This document shows, one piece after another, positions 1 through 8,759 of a stretch of 64,000 nucleotides of DNA. Both the position numbers and the translations under genes were made by a program. The DNA is from Clostridiales bacterium (lineage in GTDB: Bacteria > Bacillota > Clostridia > Oscillospirales > CAG-272), in NCBI GenBank assembly GCA_022791685.1, contig JAAVZO010000034.1:415-64414 (forward strand), written 5' to 3'. The notes under the pieces were generated by a model that saw only the letters and a list, made by a program, of their open reading frames with translations, made no database searches and was not told the DNA's origin. The number at the start of each line of letters is the position of its first letter. Positions within the stretch are counted from its first letter, which is position 1.

Positions 1-187
1 GACACGGATATATGCGGCAGCGCCTGATATTGTCGATTTTATAACTATTTTATCACAGCGTAAAAAATGACAGATTGAAATTGCGTTCTTGCAAAATCAT
101 TTCCAATATTTGTTTGTTTGAGATGATACATGAATTATCGCATTAAAACTATACTATATTTTGTCAATGTTGTACATCACGTTTTGC

Positions 188-216
188 TTGACAAATCGAC
201 TATTTTGATTTATAAT
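188..216 (+). promoter_or_regulatory. SigA-type promoter for the T-box/ABC transporter operon
   Basis: TTGACA (188-193), 17-nt spacer, TATAAT (211-216). It lies about 45 nt upstream of the T-box leader. Confidence 0.7.
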
Positions 217-261
217 ATTACTATCAATATTTTTATTGAGTCTTTGTAATAATATAAAGAC

Positions 262-535
262 GCTGACCGGAAATAGTAGGAGCGGTGAAGGCTTTCAGAG
301 AGCCGTCGTCTGGTGTGAGACGGCAGTCGTGTACCCGTTTTGAATTCACTCCGCGAGTCTCCGCCGAAAGGCCGGACGGGCGCGACCGTTATATCGCCGA
401 CAATTTTATTTCATTATTATATGTTATGATCTTGTCACAAAGGGTGCGCCCGCGAGGTCGCGCCGAATCAAGGTGGTAACACGGTGTCTTTTCCGTCCTT
501 TGACAGAAATTACTTCTGTCGGACGGTTTTTTAAT
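262..535 (+). promoter_or_regulatory. T-box riboswitch leader (tRNA-sensing transcription attenuator)
   Basis: Ordered T-box elements are present: AGUA (275-278), AG-bulge AGAGAG (297-302), distal-loop UGGUGUGAG (311-319), F-box CCGUUA (386-391) and T-box core AAUCAAGGUGGUAACACGG (466-484). An intrinsic terminator follows. The ORFs at 285-479 and 473-832 over this region are judged non-coding. Confidence 0.85.
493..532 (+). terminator. Intrinsic terminator of the T-box leader
   Basis: CCGTCC/GGACGG plus GACAGAA/TTCTGTC stem (493-526) followed by TTTTTT (527-532). ACGG of the T-box core can alternatively pair with CCGT of the 5' arm, forming an antiterminator. Confidence 0.8.
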
Positions 536-560
536 TTTATTTTTCTAAGGAGTATTTACC

Positions 561-1532
561 ATGAAACTGAAGAAACTCATCTGTGCTGCATTGGCAGCCG
601 CGCTGACCCTATCCCTTTCAGCTGGAATGACCTCTTGCGGCAGCGATGCCAAGTACAAGGTCGGTATCTGCCAGCTCACTCAGCACCCCGCGCTCGACGC
701 TGCTACAGAAGGCTTCAAAGCCGCTCTGACGGACAAGCTCGGCAAGGATGTCGCTTTCGATTATCAGAACGCGCAGAACGATTCGCCTACTTGCGGCGTT
801 ATCGCAAACAAGTTCGTATCGTCGAATGTTGACCTCATTATGGCAAACGCGACCCCTGCACTTCAGGCAGCTGCAGCTGCTACCGACAAGATTCCGATAG
901 TTGCTACCTCGATCACCGACTACGGAACCGCACTTGAAATGGAATTCGAAGGCAAGACCGGACGCAACATCACCGGTACCGCCGACCTCGCTCCGCTGGT
1001 TGACCAGGCTGCAATGGTCAAGGAGCTCTGCCCCGACGCTAAGACTGTTGGTCTCGTTTACTGCTCTGGTGAAGCAAACTCGAAGTATCAGGTAAACATC
1101 GTTAAAGCTGAGCTCGAAAAGCTCGGATTCGCTACCAAGGAATATGCAAGCGCTGACTCGAACGACCTTTCTGCGGTTGTGACCTCCGCGTGCAAGGACT
1201 GCGACGTGCTCTACATCCCGACCGACAACACCATCGCAAACGCTGCTTCTATCGTTGACGGAATCGCTACTCCTGCTGGTATTCCGGTAATCTGCGGCGA
1301 AGAGGGAATCTGCAAGGGCTGTGGTATCGCTACTCTGTCGATCGACTACTACAACATCGGCTACAACGCTGGTCTGATGGCATACGAGATCCTCGTAAAC
1401 GGCGCAAACCCTGCCGAAATGGACATCCAGTTCGACAAGTCGCCGGTCAAGAAATATCACGCTTCACGCTGCGAGAAGCTCGGAATCACCGTTCCGGACG
1501 GCTACGAAGCTATTGACGAAACCGCTGAATAA
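561..1532 (+). CDS. ABC transporter substrate-binding lipoprotein (ABC_sub_bind / COG2984-type)
   Basis: Signal peptide with lipobox LSAGMTS-C. Family-typical blocks are present: VGICQLTQHPALD, QNAQND, DLIMANATPALQAA, IPIV. An RBS (aaggag) precedes the ATG. Confidence 0.8.
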   Translation: MKLKKLICAALAAALTLSLSAGMTSCGSDAKYKVGICQLTQHPALDAATEGFKAALTDKLGKDVAFDYQNAQNDSPTCGVIANKFVSSNVDLIMANATPALQAAAAATDKIPIVATSITDYGTALEMEFEGKTGRNITGTADLAPLVDQAAMVKELCPDAKTVGLVYCSGEANSKYQVNIVKAELEKLGFATKEYASADSNDLSAVVTSACKDCDVLYIPTDNTIANAASIVDGIATPAGIPVICGEEGICKGCGIATLSIDYYNIGYNAGLMAYEILVNGANPAEMDIQFDKSPVKKYHASRCEKLGITVPDGYEAIDETAE

Positions 1533-1632
1533 TCTAAATTCAAATAGAAAATAGTTTATGCGCCCGCTCAACCACTAAGTGGAATGAGTCGGCGCATAAA
1601 CATAAATACATCAAATTAGTTAGGAAGTAAAA

Positions 1633-2550
1633 ATGTCATTTCTGAACTTTGTCCCCGGTGCAGTCGCGAACGGCGTAATATGGGGAATAATGGCTATAGG
1701 GCTATATATTACCTACAAAATTCTCGATGTCGCCGATCTGACGGTCGACGGCTCGTTCGGAACCGGCGGCGCGGTACTTGCTATCTGCGTCACGTCGGGC
1801 ATGAACGTCTGGCTCTCGATGCTGCTTGCATTCATCGCCGGATGTCTGTGCGGACTTGTAACCGGTATATTTCACACTCGTTTCGGAATTCCTGCGATAC
1901 TCGCCGGAATCCTTACCCAGCTTGCGCTTTATTCGGTAAACCTGCGCATACTTCAGGGTTCAAACCGCCCGATTTCAGTAGATAAATACAATCTTATACT
2001 TTCACTGCGCAACAATACGACCGCTATCATCGCAGCGATATTGTTCACTGTGGCGGTTATTGCCCTGCTCTACTGGTTCTTCGGAACTGAATTCGGACAC
2101 TGCCTGCGCGCTACTGGCTGCAATCCCAACATGGCGCGCGCAAACGGAATCAACACAAATGTCGCTAAAATCGTAGGTATCACCGTGTCGAACGGTATCG
2201 TCGCAATGGCTGGCGCACTGCTCGCGCAGTACAACGGCTTCGCGGATATCAACATGGGACGCGGCGCGATCGTAATCGGTCTCGCTGCAATAATTATTGG
2301 CGAGGTAATATTCGGTCATTTCTTTACGAATTTTGCACTTCGCCTGTTCGCGTCGGTCATCGGCGGCATAATTTACTACATAGTGCTGAACATAATCATG
2401 CAGATGGGCTTCTTCGATGCAAACGACCTGAAGCTGTTCTCTGCACTCGTCGTCGCAGTCGCGCTCGGAATCCCATACTGGAAGAAAGAGCTCGCCTCGA
2501 AAAATAAGAAAAAATCCGACAGCGCCGTGGCTGAAAAGGAGGCAAAGTAA
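1633..2550 (+). CDS. ABC transporter permease (COG4120-type, BPD_transp_2-like)
   Basis: 305-aa polytopic hydrophobic protein lying between the SBP and ATPase genes. Its stop overlaps the next start (ATGA-type junction at 2550). Confidence 0.75.
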   Translation: MSFLNFVPGAVANGVIWGIMAIGLYITYKILDVADLTVDGSFGTGGAVLAICVTSGMNVWLSMLLAFIAGCLCGLVTGIFHTRFGIPAILAGILTQLALYSVNLRILQGSNRPISVDKYNLILSLRNNTTAIIAAILFTVAVIALLYWFFGTEFGHCLRATGCNPNMARANGINTNVAKIVGITVSNGIVAMAGALLAQYNGFADINMGRGAIVIGLAAIIIGEVIFGHFFTNFALRLFASVIGGIIYYIVLNIIMQMGFFDANDLKLFSALVVAVALGIPYWKKELASKNKKKSDSAVAEKEAK

Positions 2551-3344
2551 TGCTTGAACTTAAAAACATAACTAAAACCTTCAACGCCGGAACTGTCAAT
2601 GAAAAAAAGGCGCTCAACGGACTCTCGCTGACCCTAAATGACGGCGATTTCGTCACGGTCATCGGCGGCAATGGCGCTGGTAAGTCCACCATGCTCAACA
2701 TGATCGCCGGCGTGTATCCGGTCGATTCCGGTTCGATCGTGATCGACGGCGTTGATGTTACGAACCTGACAGAGCATAAGCGTGCGAAGTATCTCGGAAG
2801 AGTGTTTCAGGACCCGATGATGGGTACTGCGTCAGACCTCTGGATCGAGGAAAATCTCGCAATTGCACGTCGTCGCGGCAAGTCGCACTCTCTGCGTTGG
2901 GCTATCACAAACTCCGAACGCGCTGAATACAAAAAACTGCTTTCCACGCTCGACCTTGGACTGGAAAACCGACTTTCAACTAAAGTTAAGCTGCTTTCAG
3001 GCGGTCAGCGTCAGGCGCTGACACTGTTGATGGCGACTATGAACTCGCCGAAGCTGCTGCTGCTCGATGAGCACACCGCAGCGCTCGACCCAAAAACGGC
3101 AGCGAATGTGCTTGCGTTGTCGGACAAGTTCATTGAAGAAGAGCACTTGACGGCGCTGATGGTAACGCATAATATGCGCGACGCAATCGCGCACGGAAAC
3201 CGCCTCATCATGATGAACGCCGGAAACATCATTCTCGACATCTCCGGTGAGGAAAAGAAAAAGCTAACCGTCGACGACCTGCTGAAGGCATTCGCAGAGC
3301 TGAGCGGTTCGCAGTTTGCAAACGACAGAGCATTACTTAACTAA
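2550..3344 (+). CDS. ABC transporter ATP-binding protein (COG1101-type)
   Basis: Walker A GGNGAGKST, signature LSGGQRQ, Walker B LLLLDEHTAALD. Confidence 0.9.
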   Translation: MLELKNITKTFNAGTVNEKKALNGLSLTLNDGDFVTVIGGNGAGKSTMLNMIAGVYPVDSGSIVIDGVDVTNLTEHKRAKYLGRVFQDPMMGTASDLWIEENLAIARRRGKSHSLRWAITNSERAEYKKLLSTLDLGLENRLSTKVKLLSGGQRQALTLLMATMNSPKLLLLDEHTAALDPKTAANVLALSDKFIEEEHLTALMVTHNMRDAIAHGNRLIMMNAGNIILDISGEEKKKLTVDDLLKAFAELSGSQFANDRALLN

Positions 3345-3357
3345 ATAAAAATGCTAC

Positions 3358-3397
3358 AAGGGAGTAGATAGCCTCACAGGAGGTTCTCTACTCCCTT
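3358..3397 (+). terminator. Hairpin after the ABC operon (putative terminator)
   Basis: AAGGGAGTAGA / TCTACTCCCTT 11-bp stem. T-rich sequence follows only after the next ATG, so efficiency is uncertain. Confidence 0.45.
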
Positions 3398-4543
3398 ATG
3401 CTTTCAAATTTTTTGTGCAATTTTATCATTTATTTGCTAAAATCGAAGGAGGAATTTTATACGTTTACACACAAATTTATCGTACCAGATTATTACCCAC
3501 AATTCGCCTGCAAATGCGGCGACTGCCGTTCGACCTGCTGCAACGGCTGGGGGATATCATTGACGACCGACGAATATTTCCGATTACTTGGACTCGAATG
3601 CTCCGCTGAGCTGCGGCGCAAGCTTGATACAGCTTTTCATCTCGCTGACGAGCGCTCGCCTGAACATTACGCGCTGATGAATCCGCGTTTCGACGGACAT
3701 TGCCGCTTGCAGGCGGATGACGGTTATTGTATGCTCCAACGGGAGTGCGGCGAAAATGTGCTGACCGCCGTCTGCCGCTACTATCCGCGTGCGCCGCGCA
3801 CTTCCCCGCTCTGCGAATGCTGTACGTCCGCGAGCTGTGAAGCGACGCTTGAGCTGCTGTTCGCAGATGAAAATCCGGTGAGATTTATCGAAACTGAACT
3901 GAACTTTGATTTTGACGAGCCGCCGCGATCCGACGTAGACGCAGCTTACTACTCCGAATTGCGCGGGCTTGCGTTTTCAACGCTCGCCGACCGCTCGATA
4001 GGCTTTGAAGCAAGGCTGCAAAAGCTTGGCAATGAGCTATACCATCGTGACAATATTGCATTGCCGATTGACAGCGAAACAGATAATGAAATTGAATTAG
4101 CATACCAATTGTTTGTGCAGCTATCACATACAAGTCAGACGTTCAGCGAGTTGATTCCTTGCTGCGAAAGGTTCCTATCCTCAATTCCGGATACCTCAGG
4201 AGCAAGTTTTCGCGTCGACTCCCACGTTCGCGAAATATTTCCGCAGCTCGATATCTATTACGAAAAATTGTTTGTAAACCATATTTTCTACAAAGGATTC
4301 CCGAACTCATTCCCGCATCAGTCGGAACACCAGCTTGCAGACGAATTCGCACCGCTCGCCGCCACATTCGCACTCGTAAAGCTGATTTCGGCTTCGTACA
4401 TGGTCGATAAAAGCTCGCTTTCAGACTTCGTCGACGTGGTATCGGAGCTGTTTCGAGTGATAGAGCACTCGCGTTTCGATGAGTGTGCACTGAAATTTGT
4501 CCAAGCTCACCAAATCAATCCATTCCAATTGATGAAAATCTGA
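3398..4543 (+). CDS. Cysteine-cluster protein, FliB/YkgJ-like (flagellin lysine-N-methylase family fold)
   Basis: N-terminal FACKCGDCRSTCCNGWGISLT matches the CxxCxxxCC-GW cluster of the FliB/CxxCxxCC family. The start is uncertain because the ATG at 3398 abuts the upstream hairpin and a strong AAGGAGG lies inside the ORF at about 3447. Confidence 0.5.
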   Translation: MLSNFLCNFIIYLLKSKEEFYTFTHKFIVPDYYPQFACKCGDCRSTCCNGWGISLTTDEYFRLLGLECSAELRRKLDTAFHLADERSPEHYALMNPRFDGHCRLQADDGYCMLQRECGENVLTAVCRYYPRAPRTSPLCECCTSASCEATLELLFADENPVRFIETELNFDFDEPPRSDVDAAYYSELRGLAFSTLADRSIGFEARLQKLGNELYHRDNIALPIDSETDNEIELAYQLFVQLSHTSQTFSELIPCCERFLSSIPDTSGASFRVDSHVREIFPQLDIYYEKLFVNHIFYKGFPNSFPHQSEHQLADEFAPLAATFALVKLISASYMVDKSSLSDFVDVVSELFRVIEHSRFDECALKFVQAHQINPFQLMKI

Positions 4544-4573
4544 ATATATTTGTAATTATTCTAAATATATTTG

Positions 4574-4602
4574 TTGACATTGAAGCAATACTGTGGTATA
4601 AT
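4574..4602 (+). promoter_or_regulatory. SigA-type promoter with extended -10
   Basis: TTGACA (4574-4579), 17-nt spacer, TGgTATAAT (4594-4602). This implies the ATG at 4631, not 4571, is the real start of the next gene. Confidence 0.7.
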
Positions 4603-4630
4603 TAGCTATCTTCTAATTGAGGTGACAATT

Positions 4631-5971
4631 ATGCACAGTATTGCTTCTTATCTTAATAATGACATTATTTACCAAATAAATCTGCGTGCATTCACAAATG
4701 AGGGCACGCTCAACGCGGCAGCCAAGCTGCTCCCGCACATCAAGGACATAGGCGCTGACATCGTCTACCTGTGCCCGTGTTTTGTTGCGGACTCCGACAC
4801 CGATAAAAATGGGTGGTCGGCACGCCAACATAAGTCCGGCTTGGAAAATCCGCAGAATCCATATCGCATAAGCGATTACTTTAATGTCGATCCCGAATAT
4901 GGAACAAACGACGATTTGCGTGCTTTTGTTGACGCAGCGCACAAAATTGGCCTGCGAGTTATACTTGACCTTGTGTATTTTCACTGTGGGCCCAAGGCAG
5001 TATTTCTCTATGAGCACCCGGAATTCATACTCCGCGATGAATTCGGCGATCCGTTGCTCGGCGAGTGGTGCTTTCCGCGATTGAACTACGAAAGCCGTGA
5101 ACTGCGTGAGTATTTGATAGCAAACATGGAGTTGTTCGTCCGCGATTACGATATCGACGGTTACCGCTGCGATGTTGGAGATTCCGTTCCGCTCGATTTT
5201 TGGGCTGAAGCACGTGAGCGAATAGATCAGCTTAAGCCAGATTTAATGATGCTGAACGAGGGAATCAAGGCAGATTATCTCGACGTTTTCGATCTCAACT
5301 ATTCGTGGAATCTTCGCGCTGCTTTCGTGAATTGCGTCGAGAATGGCAAATCGGTTCAATCATTCGTTGAAAACATGACTAATTTTGTGAATAATCACCT
5401 ACAAGGAAGCTATCATTCGATAAATCTCCTTGAAAATCACGACAGTGTAAACGATGATTACGAAAATCGCCTCGAAAAGCGAATCGGGTTTGCGGCAATG
5501 AACGCTGGACTCGTTCTTCAATACACGCTGCCGAACGTGCCATTCTTATACAACGGACTTGAAGTCGCTGACACCAATCGCCACTCGATTTGGGGAAATC
5601 GTACTCATTCTGCCAATCTCGTCATCGACTGGCAAAATGCGCTGACCAACGATGGTACTGCAAGATTAAAGCTCGTGAAAACGCTTTCAGCACTTCGCCA
5701 TACCTGCGAGCCGATTGGCATGAATGGAAATTTGGAATTTGCAAGCACAAGCAGCGACAATGTACTCGCATATAAGCGAACTCTCGACGGAAAATCAATA
5801 GCGATTATTGTAAATCTCAGTCCTGATACTATAAACGTCAAGAGCGAAATTGAAGCATATGACATATCCCCGCTCCTGATAAATAATTCGGCGATATCGT
5901 TGTCAGGATGTGACGGCAAATTCAGCGCACATCTTAGCGCTTATGGATTCGCAATTGCGGAGATCATTTAG
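4631..5971 (+). CDS. GH13 alpha-amylase-family glycoside hydrolase (cytoplasmic, no signal peptide)
   Basis: GH13 regions are recognisable: LDLVYFH (I), DGYRCDVGD (II), MLNE (III), LENHD (IV). RBS GAGGTGA lies 5 nt before the ATG at 4631. Confidence 0.8.
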   Translation: MHSIASYLNNDIIYQINLRAFTNEGTLNAAAKLLPHIKDIGADIVYLCPCFVADSDTDKNGWSARQHKSGLENPQNPYRISDYFNVDPEYGTNDDLRAFVDAAHKIGLRVILDLVYFHCGPKAVFLYEHPEFILRDEFGDPLLGEWCFPRLNYESRELREYLIANMELFVRDYDIDGYRCDVGDSVPLDFWAEARERIDQLKPDLMMLNEGIKADYLDVFDLNYSWNLRAAFVNCVENGKSVQSFVENMTNFVNNHLQGSYHSINLLENHDSVNDDYENRLEKRIGFAAMNAGLVLQYTLPNVPFLYNGLEVADTNRHSIWGNRTHSANLVIDWQNALTNDGTARLKLVKTLSALRHTCEPIGMNGNLEFASTSSDNVLAYKRTLDGKSIAIIVNLSPDTINVKSEIEAYDISPLLINNSAISLSGCDGKFSAHLSAYGFAIAEII

Positions 5972-6005
5972 TTTGATTTTTACAATGTTATGTTTGATTT
6001 TTACA

Positions 6006-6034
6006 TTGACAACACATAAGTTTTGTGATAGAAT
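6006..6034 (+). promoter_or_regulatory. SigA-type promoter with extended -10
   Basis: TTGACA (6006-6011), 17-nt spacer, TGaTAGAAT (6026-6034). Confidence 0.6.
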
Positions 6035-6073
6035 ATAACAAAATTTATAGCATTTCTGAAAGGAATCAACATT

Positions 6074-6925
6074 ATGAATAAGCAATTTCCGCGCACGACT
6101 GTCGGTGGCGTTTCTATGCCGCGAATGCTGATTGGAACTAACTGGCTGCTTGGATACAGTCACACCGGAGCGGCGGCAGACCGTGGTATCCGCGAGAAGT
6201 ATCGCAAGCCTGAAGATTTTTATCCGGTTCTGAACGCATACCTCGAAAATGGAATTGACGCTGTAATGGGACCGATCAGTACTACCCAGCTCTGTCTCGA
6301 AGCCATTCGCTATGCAGAGGAAAAATCCGGAAAAAAGCTGATAATTATTGACACGCCCGGCATGAATGTCGATGATTCACCTGCTGCTTGTGCCGAGGCG
6401 AACGCGGTGATAAAGCATAGTGCGGAAATCGGCTCGACATTTTGCCTGATACATCACTACAGTGCTGAGCAGCTTGTCAACAAAAATAAACAAAATATCA
6501 CCCGCCTGCCGGATTATCTGGCAATGATTCGTGATGCTGGTCTGATTCCTGGGCTGTCCGCGCATATGCCGGAGCTGATAACCTACAGCGACGCAAACGG
6601 TTATGATGTCGAAACATACATACAGATATTCAATTGCATGGGCTTTTTGATGCAAATAGAAGTGGAATCGGTTGCCCGGATTATCCATAATGCTAAAAAA
6701 CCGGTTATGACAATCAAACCAATGGCAGCCGGACGCTGCACTCCGTTTGTAGGATTAAACTTCAACTGGGCAGTGTTGCGTGACTGCGACATGATTACGG
6801 TCGGTGCGGGAAGTGAAGCGGAAGCTCGCGAGGATATCGAAATCAGCCTCGCCGCTCTCGAACGCCGCGCGCCAGATCTTGCTGCCCGCTCATCACCAAT
6901 GGCACAAAAAATTTTAGGTCACTAA
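6074..6925 (+). CDS. Hypothetical protein (283 aa, family not recognised)
   Basis: Long ORF with its own promoter and a strong terminator. No motif I can name. Alternating beta/alpha-like hydrophobic pattern. Confidence 0.6.
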   Translation: MNKQFPRTTVGGVSMPRMLIGTNWLLGYSHTGAAADRGIREKYRKPEDFYPVLNAYLENGIDAVMGPISTTQLCLEAIRYAEEKSGKKLIIIDTPGMNVDDSPAACAEANAVIKHSAEIGSTFCLIHHYSAEQLVNKNKQNITRLPDYLAMIRDAGLIPGLSAHMPELITYSDANGYDVETYIQIFNCMGFLMQIEVESVARIIHNAKKPVMTIKPMAAGRCTPFVGLNFNWAVLRDCDMITVGAGSEAEAREDIEISLAALERRAPDLAARSSPMAQKILGH

Positions 6926-6928
6926 TAA

Positions 6929-6972
6929 AATGTTCCGTGAAAAAATTTCACGGAACATTTTTCTGTTTTTTT
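6929..6972 (+). terminator. Intrinsic terminator
   Basis: AATGTTCCGTGAAA / TTTCACGGAACATT 14-bp stem followed by TTTCTGTTTTTTT. Confidence 0.85.
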
Positions 6973-7010
6973 CGTCTAATATAATAATACAAAAAGAAAG
7001 AGGTACTATT

Positions 7011-7430
7011 ATGAAGCTAAAATCTATAGTTTTGCTTGTCATTGCGGGGCTGATTACTGCATTTATGCTCACAGGCTGCGGAGATAAAGCTTGGGATGCT
7101 TCAAAATTGCAGCTCGCTGAGCCGCTCGATCCGCCAGCCGATGTGACATTGACACTCGATTCATTCGAAAACGGCAAATCAATATCAGTAAATTTGACTA
7201 ACAATAGCGATGAGCCATTCTATTTTACTGAATATTTCGCACTGCAAGTCAAAATTAACGATGATTGGTACGTTGTGCCAAGTGACCTCGCCTTCATAGA
7301 TATAGCTTATGAACTTCAGCCAGGTGTGACCGCGCCGAAGGAATTCGACATAAGCTCATATGGAAAGCTTCCAAGCGGAAATTATCGACTCGCGGCATGG
7401 AAAATTGCAGTTGAGTTTGAGGTAAAATGA
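7011..7430 (+). CDS. Small secreted lipoprotein
   Basis: MKLKSIVLLVIAGLITAFMLTG-C lipobox. The internal ATG at 7011 is preceded by AGAGG. The upstream part of the 6930 ORF overlaps the terminator. Confidence 0.65.
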   Translation: MKLKSIVLLVIAGLITAFMLTGCGDKAWDASKLQLAEPLDPPADVTLTLDSFENGKSISVNLTNNSDEPFYFTEYFALQVKINDDWYVVPSDLAFIDIAYELQPGVTAPKEFDISSYGKLPSGNYRLAAWKIAVEFEVK

Positions 7431-7434
7431 ACAA

Positions 7435-7474
7435 AATACCCACCGAATATAAAATTTCGGTGGGTATTTTTTAT
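7435..7474. terminator. Bidirectional intrinsic terminator
   Basis: AATACCCACCGAA / TTCGGTGGGTATT stem flanked by A-run and T-run, lying between convergent genes. Confidence 0.8.
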
Positions 7475-8676
7475 TTCTTCACAGTTACGATAAATCCATC
7501 AACATTGTTGCCAGAAACCGTGTACTCATGATCCTTCGGTACAGGAACCTGCGTCGATTCGCCGTTCAGGGACACGAAATACACTTCCCACGATACACCT
7601 TCGTCATCGATTATCGTCAGATTATCTCCGCCAAACTTGTATTTATCGCGCAGCAACTCGATGTATTCTTCAAGACACAAGTTATTCTGCTGCATATAAT
7701 ATGCGTGCGGCTTGCCAATATAGCGATAATGCCAGTTTTCGTACGCAATTTTCGTGATATCGGTCTTGTCGCTCGGATAACGCTGGATGAAGCCGTATTT
7801 GTGCGCGTTTGCATTCAGCCACTCAGGATAATCGGTCATCTCATCGAAAGTCTTGCTTTCACCCTTATCGGTGTAGACGGTGAAGTCAACCGCAAGTCCG
7901 GTGTGATGTTCGCTGTAGCCCGGAACTGCGACGTATGCTTTCGCATATTCCTCACCGTAAGCATTCGCGCGCGACGAATATATCTCCTCTTGCTCTTCAA
8001 GTGTACGGTACGAGCTGTTCACGAGTATATCATGCCGCCCAGTCGAGGCTTCGAACGCCGCCATCATCTGATTGCACCAATCCATCGCATACGAATCGAG
8101 CGAAACCAGCGAGTCGCGCAGCCTGTACTTCTTATTTGTATTACCGTAAAATGGCTGAATTTTGAAGTCAGTATTAAAACTGTACGCGTTTTGATAATTT
8201 ACCAAAATCAAATAGCCCTTGTGCATATCCTCTTCAGTCATCATCTTATAGTCGTAGAGCTCGTCAATCGCACTTGTAACAGGTTCCGGCGGAGTCGTAA
8301 CTGTCGGCGATGTTACCGCATTGTCGGTCGATGGAGGAGTACTGCTATTAGGCGTGCTGTCGGATACCGAATCGCTGTCAATGTTGCCAGGCTCAGTTAT
8401 TTTACCATTCGCACAGCGCGCAACGAATATAATAACCGAAATCAGCAGCATTACCAAGATAATTACAGTCAATACCACCAATCCCGCTGCACGGTATGTA
8501 GCCTGCCGCGACTTATGCTTTACTGGCGGATAAGTCTGACGCGGCGCGTTATATCCGCGATTCTGGTACTGCGGCGGGCGATTTGGCATACCACCACCGC
8601 GATTATTTGCCGACTGATTCTGCGAAGTAGTCTTCCGATTCGACGGTTTATTGTTCGGATTTTGGTTGTTATTCAA
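7471..8676 (-). CDS. VanY-type D-alanyl-D-alanine carboxypeptidase (peptidase M15B), membrane-anchored
   Basis: SYRTLEEQ, PGYSEHHTGLAVD and ENWHYRYIG motifs. Low-complexity N/Q/P-rich N-terminus followed by one TM helix. Confidence 0.8.
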   Translation of the reverse strand: MNNNQNPNNKPSNRKTTSQNQSANNRGGGMPNRPPQYQNRGYNAPRQTYPPVKHKSRQATYRAAGLVVLTVIILVMLLISVIIFVARCANGKITEPGNIDSDSVSDSTPNSSTPPSTDNAVTSPTVTTPPEPVTSAIDELYDYKMMTEEDMHKGYLILVNYQNAYSFNTDFKIQPFYGNTNKKYRLRDSLVSLDSYAMDWCNQMMAAFEASTGRHDILVNSSYRTLEEQEEIYSSRANAYGEEYAKAYVAVPGYSEHHTGLAVDFTVYTDKGESKTFDEMTDYPEWLNANAHKYGFIQRYPSDKTDITKIAYENWHYRYIGKPHAYYMQQNNLCLEEYIELLRDKYKFGGDNLTIIDDEGVSWEVYFVSLNGESTQVPVPKDHEYTVSGNNVDGFIVTVKK

Positions 8677-8759
8677 AACTGCTTCGTCCTTTCAATACAC
8701 TAAGCTGAACGCCATTTTGTGAATGACGTTCAGCTTGTATTTTAATTATCTGTAAATTA

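Noticed and set aside
285-832. ORFs 285-479 and 473-832 on the plus strand
   Set aside because: They cover the T-box leader and its terminator, or run out of frame into the SBP gene. The region is explained by conserved RNA elements, not by coding.
618-1460. 280-aa minus-strand ORF
   Set aside because: It is antisense to the ABC substrate-binding lipoprotein gene. It has no start context and is a shadow ORF.
7528-8703. 391-aa ORF on the plus strand
   Set aside because: It is antisense to the VanY-type carboxypeptidase gene, whose catalytic motifs are clear. The translation is Arg/Ile-rich with no recognisable motif.
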